A program made the translations under genes and the position numbers. A stretch of DNA of 63,327 nucleotides, filler included, from Intoshia linei (Eukaryota; Animalia; Orthonectida): NCBI GenBank assembly GCA_001642005.1. It is 6 parts of 6 records of this genome, joined end to end, with 100 filler letters (N's around TTAATTAATTAA, not from the genome) between each part and the next. Parts side by side here need not be neighbours in the genome. Positions count along the whole stretch, not along the records: positions 51,681 to 55,819 come from LWCA01001979.1; positions 55,920 to 61,991 come from LWCA01001719.1; positions 62,092 to 63,327 come from LWCA01002932.1; 3 more parts are not named here. One strand, given 5' to 3'. Positions within the stretch are counted from its first letter, which is position 1, and each line of letters opens with the position of its first letter. This document shows positions 52,206 to 63,327 of this stretch, in pieces. The notes below the pieces were generated by a model, which worked only from the letters and a program-made list of their open reading frames with translations, did not search any database and had not been told where the DNA came from.

Positions 52206-54559
52206 AACATATATACAGAAAAACAAAGCAAAAAATACAATAAGTCAGGGTATAAAATGTATTCATAAAATTTTCAAATTCTATCGACCCTGGTTGAAAA
52301 ACACTGTACTATATAGTTAAAAATGGAATCACCATCGAAAGCTTCATATACAGTTTTATGCTGTACAAATCAGACAACAAATTAATAATGTACTGAATAT
52401 AGTTGTAGGCTAGTAATTGTAGCACGCCATTTAAATTATCGTGTTTGGCTGATTACTGTGTATAATTATGACACTATCTAATCATAATTCATAATTACGA
52501 ATTTTTTTAAATTTGTAAAAATAATATTGCAACACTTACAAAGACTTAATCGTATGCAGACCCGTAAATGTTATGGGATCATGGTTCGGGATTACAATCA
52601 TGAGGGACCAAAAATTTTAATTTATTAATAGGTAATGTTGAAAAATTTCTCATTTCTTGAAAGTTTTGTGTTGACTAATGCAATTTCTAACTGTTATTTT
52701 TAATATTTAGACAATAAACGATAGATTAAACTATCCTAAGAGGCTACTCTTTAGACATTCCATTATTAAAAATACATCTTATATGGGAGCCTACAATTTC
52801 CAACTGGTCCTGGTCATATGTATTTAAATGGATTGTACATTGTACAAATGATAATTACAAATGAACTAATAATCAAAAAAATACTAATACATTTATAATA
52901 ATGTAAATAATAATTTTTAAATGTTTATAATCAGGTGTATTCATTGATTCATTAACTCGAAGCCTACAAAAATGATTCTGTCATATGTCAACATGTGAGC
53001 TACGTTATAAATTCTACAACACAAATAAATCATTCATAAAATATATAATTTCATCAGACATGATTACATTAAAACATTACAACATTAAAACATGAATTGA
53101 TAAACAATACAATTGTTCTGTGAAAAAAACTAAAATCTACTATATAAAAATATAACATGTAATGTGTATAATGAACATAATAAAAACTTTAAAATGAAAA
53201 AATTAATAGAATCAACATAGAAAAAAATAAACAAAAATTTGACAAATCGTACTAAACGTATAAAAACAAACCTTGCACTCCCATTTCCCAAATATAATCA
53301 TTCTTATAAAAGAATACACATAAATAATAATACATGTAATAATATAAAGTAATTTGTTTAGCAAAGTGACATACTTGTTAAAAAGATGGGTGGCTATAGA
53401 TAAACGAATATAATATATTCGTATGACTAGATTAGAGTAAACACAAATGACTAAATTTGCAAAACTCAATTGTGAATAATCAATTACATTTCAAAAATAA
53501 TTACGATTCTAGTGCATGAACCAAAAACAAATTAGTTTCAATTGACTAATCCTTATCCTGATGGATTGTCGATTATAAGTTTAGGGTATTGCAATTTTTC
53601 TTGATTTTGGAAAAATTTCTCGATAAATCAAATCATATTTAATTAAAATTTGAATAATTGTAATTAAAAATTAATTGTAAAACAGATCAGTTTGTGAAAT
53701 ACATGAATTACATTCAAATAAAATAATTTAATGATTCTAGTAAAGTTTAATCGATAATATCGTTTTATATTGTAAACAGCACCATTTCAACAACACTCAC
53801 GTTATTTAATTCCAATTATTTATCTATCAACACTATTCATATGTGTACTTGTTTTAGCATATATTATTATTTAACAGACATTTGAATGTTATCACTATTC
53901 AATCCAATAATGTGCAATATTGAATTTTAATTTTTCGTAAATTTATTTTCAGATGTATTAATCCAACATTTTGCTCTAAATGTTGCAATGTGTGCATTCA
54001 ACTCTAGGTCATAGAAACAAACTATATTTTTAAGATACTGGTTTAGTCGTACATTTTTACTCTAAATACAATTGTACTTTGTAATTGTGTTCAATGAAAA
54101 CTGTTCAATAAACATTTTTCATACATTGTGTATAGAATTTTTATAGATATATATCAGGGGTCGACAACCTTTTGCGTCTCATGGCAACTTTTTTATATAA
54201 AAAAATTTTCGGGACCGATTTTGAAAATTTACACATGATGCATTTCAAGTTTAACTGAAAAGAAACTGTTTTGTTAATTTATGGGTTATTTTGCATTGGT
54301 TTTCAATTAACATGTAAATAAATTTAATTTCATGTTTTTCATCAAAGATCATTAAAATCGATGACCGTTGGTCATTGACTACTACATTAAAATTACCATT
54401 CAATTAGGTTTTTTTGAGATAACTTAATAAAATCGAAAAATATTGAAAGTTCTATTCATTAGCTACCTTTTACACTTAACTGGTCGGTTAATAATACAAT
54501 AATAATATTAATATATAACAACAATTGTATAATAATATAATATAATATTAAAAATAAAA

Positions 54560-55034
54560 TAATAACAGTCAAATCTTAAAAATTGTCATAAATAGCATAA
54601 ATTCCATATGTGTAATGTTATAATGTGATAATATATATTCAGTACCAATTATGTATCAATAATTAACCGAATCTTCACTTTATAAACATTTCAGTCAAAT
54701 TTTACCAAAATTGCAAAGGATTGTAATAAATATAAAAATGATATTAACAAAGTTTGTACTATTAATTTCGTTGTTGTAATTTTCATTAATTAATTTGAAA
54801 CAAAATATGTTTTCAAACTGAGAATTTGAAATTTAAAAATTGCGTAGCAATGAAAAAAATTCCAAAGGAATGAATTATATAGATTTTCACCCATATTTCT
54901 TTATTGTAAATGTGTAGACGTACAATGCACATTTTTTTTGAAATTGTAGTATTAATATTTACATTTTCAATTTTTATTTTAAAAAATATTTATCGAAATA
55001 TTTGAAAAATATTGATTGATAATATATTAAAAAT
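54560..55034 (-). mobile_element. Helitron-like copy interrupted by a MULE
   Basis: Reverse complement of ~21440-21920; stops exactly at the MULE TIR. Confidence 0.7.
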
Positions 55035-55819
55035 GATTGCCCATTTTTTCGTAAGCCATATTAATAGAATATACGCCAAATTAATCAATACACGCCAATA
55101 AAAAAATAAACGTAATAAAGATCAAAAAAAGGATATTAAAAAATTAAAATGATTACTTATACCCTTTTATATGTATTAAAATTCGTTTGAATGCTGACAT
55201 GATTTATACGAATAACACGTTATTAATAAATACTTTATTAATAACTTTATAAATACTAAAAACTTTATTTAATCACATTTCCATTTTCTTACGTGAATAA
55301 TAAGATGCAGAAGCCTTCTGTGTAACTTTCTTTGGTCTTCCACGTTTCTTTTTTCATTCAGAGGCACATTAATTAGATGCAGCATATTCTTCGATTTAAG
55401 AACAAAATAAACATGTAAACACCTCTTAAGCTTGACGAAATCATAGCAACTACAGTATAGATTTTTCCAGGTCTCAATAGAATTTTCAGAAATAACGCAT
55501 GAATAAAGTCTCTACAATTCTTTGAACTCTTTCACTGACTTTGATCTAATGAAAAGAGCATTAGAAATCTCATCTTCCCTTTTAACAGATTCACACTTTG
55601 TATTATTAATAAACCAATGTTGAGTTCTAGAAATATCATTTTCAACAATAATTTTAGTACATACAAGTAGTATATTCTCCAAATTTTGATCACTGTATGT
55701 ATAATTGCCCAAGAGGTCTACAGACTTTATTGATAATGTATGGATGATGCTAGTAAGCTTTTCAATTATATTTGCTATAGTTATAACTGTTTGGTTAAAA
55801 TGATTTTTTTTAATATTGG
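55035..55819 (-). mobile_element. Mutator/MULE element, 3' end with transposase remnant
   Basis: Minus strand LYCSCYDFVKLKRCLHV (SWIM finger) then KKKRGRPKK (AT-hook-like); terminal repeat matches 1-90; in-frame stop present. Confidence 0.8.
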
Positions 55820-55919
55820 NNNNNNNNNNNNNNNNNNNNNNNNNNNNNNNNNNNNNNNNNNNNTTAATTAATTAANNNNNNNNNNNNNNNNNNNNNNNNN
55901 NNNNNNNNNNNNNNNNNNN

Positions 55920-56944
55920 TATTTTTCAAATATTTCGATTAAAATCAAAAATTGAAAATGTAAATATTGATCCCACAATTCCAATAAAGACATATGGGTG
56001 AAAATCTATATAATTGAATGCTTCGGAATTTTTTTCATTTTCAAAACATTTTTATTAAAACATTCAAATTTAAATAAGAAACTAAACAACGAAACTAAAA
56101 AAACTTTGTTAATATCATTTTTATATTACAATCCTTTGAAATAATGGTAAAATTCGACTGAAATGTTTATACAATGTTGTGCACTGATATACGAGCTATT
56201 GTGCATTCAGATACGGACCATTTTATAACATTATATAATGCCGTGCAATACAATCAAAAGTTAAAATGATCCGTATATGAGTGCACAACACTGTAAAATG
56301 AAGATTCAGTTAATTATTGATACTCAGGTGGTTATTTTAAGTATTTATTAAATGGGTACTGAATATATGACATCACATTGAAAATGACAAAATAGGTTTT
56401 TATAATTTTATTTTTTATGGAATTTATACTATTTATGACAATTTTCAGGATTGAACTGTTTTTACTTTATTTTTAATATTATTGACACATTCTGTTTAAT
56501 CAATTAAAAAAATAGGATAACAATTGTTTTTAAAATTCTTTACGCAAATGTTAAACAAATAATTAAGATGGAATGATTCACTTTAAAGTAAAAAGTAATG
56601 TGATATGATGGTTCCACCTGAAACAAATTTTGGGACCACTCTTTTAAAAGATTGATAATAGTGAATAGTAGGATTTTTAAGTTAGATTTTCAACGTGAAT
56701 TTATTTTTTAAGTATAATAAAAATGTGCTCTCGGCAGAGCTAGGTCCTGTTTGTACGTAGTATGTAAATTTATTTTTTGGTAGTATAAAAATGTTCCCTC
56801 GGTAGAACTAGGCTACGGGGATTGATAATAGTGAATAGTAGAATTTTTAAGTTAGATTTTCAACGTGAATTTTTTTGGTATAATAAAAGAGTGCCCTCGG
56901 CAGAGCTAGGTGCTTTTGTACGTAATACATAACAGTCAAGCTAG
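55920..56944 (+). mobile_element. Helitron-like copy, 3' part, with reiterated subterminal block
   Basis: Homologous to 21470-22247; ctcggcagagctagg-like block occurs three times; ends CTAG|T at 56944. Confidence 0.8.
56172..56293. mobile_element. Tc1/mariner-type MITE (122 bp) inside the Helitron copy
   Basis: TIR CAATGTTGTGCACT / AGTGCACAACACTG; TA duplicated; empty site gtttaTAaagtgaag seen in the 20866 copy. Confidence 0.85.
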
Positions 56945-56993
56945 TATGAATATAAAATAAAATGTAAAACAAATTTTTATTAATGAAATTTAG

Positions 56994-57852
56994 ACTGGTA
57001 CCTTTTCTGAAGACATGATACCTACTGTTGGTTTTAATATGCGTAAAGTTTCAAAAGGAAACGTTAATATTAAAATTTGGGATATCGGTGGTCAAACCCG
57101 ATTCAGATCCATGTGGGAACGATACTGCCGAGGCGTTGATGCCATTGTGTACTTATATTTAATGTTACTTTTTCATTTTTGTTAGATTTATGGTTGATGC
57201 CACCAATCATGAAAAAATTATCGAAGCTCGTAACGAACTTGGAGACTTACTCAATAAGCCTCAATTGAGAAGAATTCCTTTGTTAATTCTCGGAAACAAA
57301 AACGATTTAAATGGTGCCATGGATAAAGAAACATTAATTGAAAAAATGTAAGTTTTCAGTACTTTTGAAAATTCTTAGTTAAACTTCATGGTAAATTATT
57401 GTATGACTCACGCGTTAGCATATTCAAATTTAACCTTTATTTACAATTAAAAATTACAATTTGTATTAAAAATATGTCAACGGATAAGCACTTGGAATAT
57501 CATTCAAAGTTATTCAAAAATTCATGAAATTAAAATTATGATTAACTTGCGTAAATTTTATGCACTTGTTATTTTTAAGTATATCAAATACATGTATAAC
57601 AATGTATATCAAATAAATAGATATACAATGACCCATATGTATTACATGTACAATGTACATATAATTATATTCCCTTTATTTTTATTATTTTAGGGGATTA
57701 AGCTCTTACGAAGATCGTGATATCTGTTGTTATTCAATATCGTGCAAAAGCAAAAACAATATTGGTATGAACGTTATTTATATCATTATATATTTATTTT
57801 TTTAGATATTACCCTAAAATGGCTATTGTCATATTCGAAATATAAAAAATAA
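56994..57852 (+). CDS. ARL8: ADP-ribosylation factor-like GTPase 8; first exon not visible
   Basis: Exons 56994-57148, 57186-57347, 57694-57764, 57806-57852: [57 protein letters not shown]. Confidence 0.95.
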
Positions 57853-58018
57853 TTTGTTGTTTACTCATTGTTACATAAGTATCTCACCATTATTTAAAAA
57901 ATAAAAATTTAAATGATTTCTTTAACTATCAAAATTGTGTTGTATACTTAGATACTTTATTATACACGTACTTAAATGATTGTGGTATATTTAATCGAGG
58001 ATTTTAATTGTCAGTTTA

Positions 58019-58427
58019 AAAATATTGGTTGATAATATATTAAAAATTATTTTTCACCAGGAATGTGTAGATTTGATGGGTTGAAATTTATTATTTATAT
58101 CAACTGGAATAAGCTCTATCAGAAAAATCTTTTTTTAAATTTTCGGACCGTTAATTATTTCACATTTTTTGTTTTAATAAAATATTTTGGATAAAAAAGA
58201 TATAATAAAATGCTTTTTTGACCGTGAAGTCGTCACTTATTCGGATTGAAATTGTTTATGTGTGTTAACAGGATACAACTGTACCACCTGTATATTTTTT
58301 GAAATTCTAGGGTTATTTTCATTAAAAAAAGAAGGGCAATTTGTGGTTTTGGCCCTGAAGATATAATTTTTTTAAATTTAAATTTATGATAATGTTTATG
58401 ATTTTAAAATCCGCATCAGCGTATATA
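58019..58427 (-). mobile_element. Helitron-like internal fragment
   Basis: Near-identical to 290-675. Confidence 0.75.
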
Positions 58428-58439
58428 GCGCACCCCTAC

Positions 58440-58790
58440 TTAAAAAAATCGATTTGGAAATGATTAAAAAATTATTCCTTAAATCAATTAAATCTTTCAT
58501 CAATGTATCATCTGTCAAATGATTTAATTTAAATAAAAATGGATCGCTATCCAAAAATCGCAAGTTTTTAAATTTTCTCCAGGAAAATAGTTCTCAAATA
58601 AAATAGATAATGAGCTTAAGTGTGTTAAGATTGCCAATTTCACGTTTTCATTGAAAGGTTTCGATTCTTTCATTGTTTTATCTGAGTTAGGAAACCTAGA
58701 TACGTTTTCATGTTTAATATTGTCTTCTCACAATGATATTTTATCTTTAAATGCATTTAGCGTTTCATACGCCAATATTACGTTCATATT
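58440..58790 (-). pseudogene. Buster/Charlie-like hAT transposase fragment
   Basis: MNVILAYETLNAFKDKISL*...RFP...ILTHLSSLSILFENYFP...WI matches the AFK.KL.LW..FP..HL..L...F..YFP..WI pattern. Confidence 0.7.
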
Positions 58791-59475
58791 TTTATTAATA
58801 AATAAAATATATATAATTTATATAACATCACACATAATATCACACAGTTCACTATATTCAATATTGACATAATTAACCAGTTGAGGAATATTGGTACGAG
58901 TACGTGCGATGGATCCTCAAAGAGTTAATATCAACTACAGAATGTATAATTGTATTATTTTAAATCAACATAAAGAACATTTAACTTTAATTCATTTCAA
59001 AAATAAACATTATGACATACCTCGCGTTTCACAGCAATGTGACTGGGAAGTGAAAAAATTGGTTATCAAATTTTTAGTTAATTAATTAATAAATTAAATG
59101 GTTCAATCTTATCCATCAAACATGAAACTATATTTGGCTCCCTAATCTTCGCATTGAGAACCACGGATGTATCATTTTAAAATACGGCATTTTAACATAT
59201 GGTGAAATACAGAGTTGGCGAAAGCATATTATATATATGTTGTATATCAATTTCGTATATATAATTTATTACGGCACACGTAATGCATATATTTAATTTG
59301 AATGTAAACAACATAAAATAGACATTTTTGAATATTTATTTAAAAACTTAAAAATAGAGCGTCATACAATCGCAGTGATCTGGTTTCTAGAAATCAAGTT
59401 ACTATACATTAGCATTACATACTATTACCACTATAGATACGATTGATTTTACATTAATTACAAAACAAAAAATCT

Positions 59476-59979
59476 ATGAATCAAGTAACTAACCTTGAAT
59501 TGTCCAAACGGGAATCATTTCACGCAACATCCAACTCTATGTGCAAATTCGACATTGAAATAACAAAACAATTAATTGATAAAGTAACTAATCCTAAAAA
59601 CCTGGAAGTGCCCGAAATTGAAACATTTAAACCTCGTTCAACTTTGAATACAATCAAAAAATCTAATTCCAACAGTCAAATAAAAATTGAAATATCAAAA
59701 CGACAATTAATTCGTAGAGAAAATATATTAAAAATGCAGCGACTACAAAGTGATTGCCATAGATTAAAATCCCTGTACGTAATGACCTCTCACAAAATTT
59801 CAAACCTAAAAGTGAAAAATTCAAATAACCTGTTAAAGTATGCATTTTATATTCAATCAATATAAAAATATATTAATAGATACGTGTTACTCAAATCTTT
59901 ACATAAAAATATTGAACAAGTTATGGCAATAAAAGAAATTAGATGCAGACAAATACAAGAAAATATTGTTTGCAGATAA
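59476..59979 (+). CDS. Hypothetical basic, probably coiled-coil protein, two exons
   Basis: ORF from 59476, GT donor near 59838, AG near 59879, second exon in frame to TAA at 59977-59979. Confidence 0.55.
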
Positions 59980-60026
59980 AATGATTGTATTTTTTAAACT
60001 AAATTAAACTTTATTGTATTATCAGA

Positions 60027-60954
60027 ATGATATACCTTATTATTTTATTTTGCATAAATGTCATTATATCTGTAGACCACCAAAAATTTAAAACTTGTAA
60101 TCAGACCAATTTTTGCAAGTATGATTTTAATATTTATTTTACTACCATTTTAAAACTTAGACGAACATTTAATGTGGAACCGCGTCATTCGATTGCATCT
60201 TTTCACACTGTTGCAACTAACCAATTTATTCATAGTTTAAATTTTTCTTTAACTATACCTGATCCATCGAATCCAGATGTACCTAATCTGACGGGAGTTT
60301 TAACTGCTCAAAAAATCGATCAAGTTAATTCTGCCTATTTCAGATTTCAAATTTTTGAAGATGGCTTAGTTGATCGATACCACACTACCAACGAACTCTA
60401 TGGGGCCTTAAAAAATTTTGGGTATTTTTTTGTTCAAGATTCTTCGCCCCATTTAATTGTTCTTGGATTAAGCAGTAGTCAAAAAGTTTATAAAAAAGTT
60501 GCTACGCTTTATATACATTCAAATCCTTTTAAAATTTCTGTATATGATGAAAATTTGATTGCTGAAATCAATGGAGACAATAGATTGTTGTTTGAAGCTT
60601 TTAGAAAATTAACACATCATGAAGATGGTTTAGATTCTGAAAACGAAAATTTAGATAATCAGGATACTGATTCTGATGTGCAAAAAGATGAAAAGTGTGA
60701 GAATGATAATTGTGACCCTATTGAATCAGTTGACAACAATTTAAAGTACGACCAAAATTCAGATGGTGAACATGATTTTGACACGGAAGAGTCTATGGTT
60801 CATGCCGAAAAAGGAATCAATGTTCAATATGATAAAGAAACACACAGTAAAAGCGATTGGTCTGAAAATTTTGGTTCACATTTTGATCCAGTCAAGGATG
60901 GACCTAGTGCTATATCTGTTGATGTTTCATTTTATGAAGCGAGTCATTTGTACG
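60027..60954 (+). CDS. GANAB: Glucosidase II alpha subunit (GH31), N-terminal exons
   Basis: Signal peptide, VDHQKFKTCNQTNFCKR (after removing 42-nt intron 60119-60160), WSENFGSHFDPVKDGPSAISVDVSF...HLYG; donor at 60955. Confidence 0.9.
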
Positions 60955-61149
60955 GTAATCATGTCTTTAGTTTTGTCTTTTAGAAACATGGATCGATTAT
61001 AGTGTAGAACAGTGGCTACCAAATTACGACTCTAGATTTAATTTTAAAAAGTATATTCCCTTAATTTAAATTAATTGAAAACGTAGAAATTAAAATTATG
61101 GAGGTTAATGTTAATTATATAAATAAATAAATATTTTAGAGAATATTCT

Positions 61150-61540
61150 TAAACCCAACCATTTTTACTAAAAATCAAAATTTACCAACCTTTAAGGGTA
61201 AAATCCCAATTTTATCAACCCTAAAAGGAAAAATTTCAGTTATACCAACCTTTAAGGAAAAAATCCACTTTTACAAACCCCTAAGGAAAAATCCCAATTT
61301 TACCAACCTTTAAATGAAAAATTCCAGTTTTACCACCCTTTAAGGGAAAAATCGAGTTTTACCAACTTTTATGGGAAAACCCACTTTTACTAACCCTTAA
61401 GGGAAAAATCTAAATTTACAAACCCCTAAGGAAAAATCCCAATTTTACCAACCCTTATGGGAAAACTCACTTTTATCAACCTTCAATGGAAAAATCGAGT
61501 TTTACTAAACCTTAACGAAAACCCACTTTTACTAACCAAT
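61150..61540 (+). repeat. ~30-bp minisatellite array (~12 units); inverted array at 61820-61991
   Basis: Tandem ttttaccaacctttaagggaaaaatcc units; same leader agagaatattcttaaa as at ~14450. Confidence 0.88.
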
Positions 61541-62091
61541 GAATGTATATTACTTTTTGATGACTTTTATGAGTCATAAATATTTATTCACTAATTTATC
61601 ATTTTTACAAAGAAGCGGATGAATATTAATTTACAACGCAAATTTTGATCAATTTTTCCTAAATGATGTTTGACTTGTAAAGACAAAATTAGATGGTTAA
61701 ATTAAACTACGCTGTTAATTCTAGGCGATTTTATGTGACAACATTAGTCAAACTAACTATTTGTGCTATTGACTAACTATTACATTAAAGTTGATGTTCA
61801 AGAACAAAGCGAATTTTTTATCTTAGGGTTGGTAAAACTGGATTTTTCCCTTTAAGATTGGTAAAACTGAAATTTTACTTAAAGGGTTGTTAAAACCGAA
61901 TTTTTCTTTTTAGGGTTGGTAAAACGGGATCTTTCCATTTAGTGTTGGTAAATTTTGATTTTTAGTAAAAATGGTTGGATTTAAGTAGACANNNNNNNNN
62001 NNNNNNNNNNNNNNNNNNNNNNNNNNNNNNNNNNNTTAATTAATTAANNNNNNNNNNNNNNNNNNNNNNNNNNNNNNNNNNNNNNNNNNNN

Positions 62092-63327
62092 AAAATCCTG
62101 GTAAAGTAAAAAATTTTTCGCATACTATTCCTCTAATAACAGGATTTGATGGTTATAAAGGACCCATTTATCCAACTCCTATTATCCTATTATATATCCT
62201 ATTATATATCCTATCCAACTCTATAGCCACTATACAGCTATTTACTGTATCTAATATCCTACTATATAATATATCCTAATTTCATCTTAGGGAAGTAGAA
62301 CAATCTCACATACAATCTATGATAAAAAACGATATAATCGAACCGGTATCTTCTAATTCATTTAAATCTACGTGGCGATCTCCTTATTTCTTTGTTAAAA
62401 AAAAGAGATGGATCTCATCGTTTTGTCGTTGATTATAGAAAATTAAATAAATGTACAAAAATAGACACTTATCCTGCACCCAATATAAGAGTATGTCTTG
62501 ATAAACTAGCGAACAAAAAGATATTTTCAACATTTGATTTATCATCAGGTTTTTGGCAATTTGAAGTTTATTCAGGTGATAAATATAAAACTGCGTTCTC
62601 AACTGGTTATGGAAAACGTATGTATCAATTTAAACGTATGCCTTATGGTCTCGTGAATGGTCTATCTACTTGTCAACGTATGATGGACTCTATTTTAAAT
62701 GACTTGGATTGTGTTATATGTTATATGGATGATATTATAGTAGCATCTAATNATAAATATAAAACTGCGTTCTCAACTGGTTATGGAAAACGTATGTATC
62801 AATTTAAACGTATACCTTATGGTCTCGTGAATGGTCTATCTACTTGTCAACGTATGATGGACTCTATTTTAAATGACTTGGATTATGTTATATGGATGAT
62901 ATTATAGTAGCATCTAATGATAAAGATCAGCATAAAAAAGATTTAAAAGAAGTGTTTATGTGAATACACAAATATAACATCACATTAAAGCCCATTAAAA
63001 CATTTGTTGGTCAGGAAAAAAAATATATTAGAAACTCCAAAAGATTAAGTAAAAGGCAATTCAAATAGATTCAATAACTTGAAAATTACAATTTTGAAAT
63101 AATATATAGAGAAGGAAAATTTAATTATACTGCAGATATACTGTCACGTCCCCAGTTTGATTCCGTTAACTCTATCAAATTTGTACCAGTTTCATTTGAT
63201 GTACAGACATATCAATCCAATAATAATGACTGTCAGAAAGCTTTATGTAATACTAATGAAATCACAAAAGATAATATATTATCGTTTTAAAAAGAATTTA
63301 ATAATAAAGGATGCCATACTATATTTT
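62092..63327 (+). mobile_element. Ty3/Gypsy pol remnant (RT, partial RNase H)
   Basis: KKRDGSHRFVVDYRKLN, FDLSSGFWQ, KTAF, RMPYGL, YMDD; later YNFEIIYREGKFNYTADILSR; stops and frameshifts. Confidence 0.92.

Noticed and set aside
52210-54550. Long gene-free stretch searched for RNA genes or ARL8 exon 1
   Set aside because: Only AT-rich sequence and MITE fragments; no tRNA, rRNA, snRNA or P-loop exon recognisable
61150-61540. ~30-bp periodic repeats resembling a CRISPR array
   Set aside because: Contiguous degenerate units with no unique spacers, no cas genes, eukaryotic context
62578-62925. Tandem duplication inside the Gypsy RT
   Set aside because: Near-identical copies joined at a single N (62752); most likely an unmerged contig overlap

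Overview
AT-rich eukaryotic (metazoan) nuclear scaffold, not prokaryotic DNA. Genes are split by very short introns (mostly 36-47 nt) plus a few long introns full of transposons. Five 100-bp artificial gap linkers (N44-TTAATTAATTAA-N44) break the window. Compactness, tiny introns and divergent proteins suggest a reduced parasitic animal such as an orthonectid (inference only). Genes reconstructed by hand splicing: UBA1, ZC4H2, ERO1 (5' part), SND1/Tudor-SN, two TMEM216-family paralogs flanking a C2CD3-like gene, URB1, ARL8 (3' exons), GANAB (5' part), decayed FoxP-like and hnRNP F/H-like genes, and several orphans. Mobile DNA is dominated by a ~1.4-kb non-autonomous Helitron-like family (about 12 pieces, including a CTAG-TC head-to-tail junction). 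Also present: a PIF/Harbinger-ISL2EU-type element with TIRs and TSD, a MULE, hAT, piggyBac, Tc1/mariner and Tigger-type elements, Ty3/Gypsy remnants, and a ~30-bp minisatellite carried inside hAT-like MITEs. Most interesting leads: an orphan with seven clustered I-Y-x-x-hydrophobic motifs, the Helitron family with MULE ends inserted in it, the ciliary gene cluster, and two convergent reading frames whose stop codons share one TTAA. No database searches were run; family calls come from recognised motifs.
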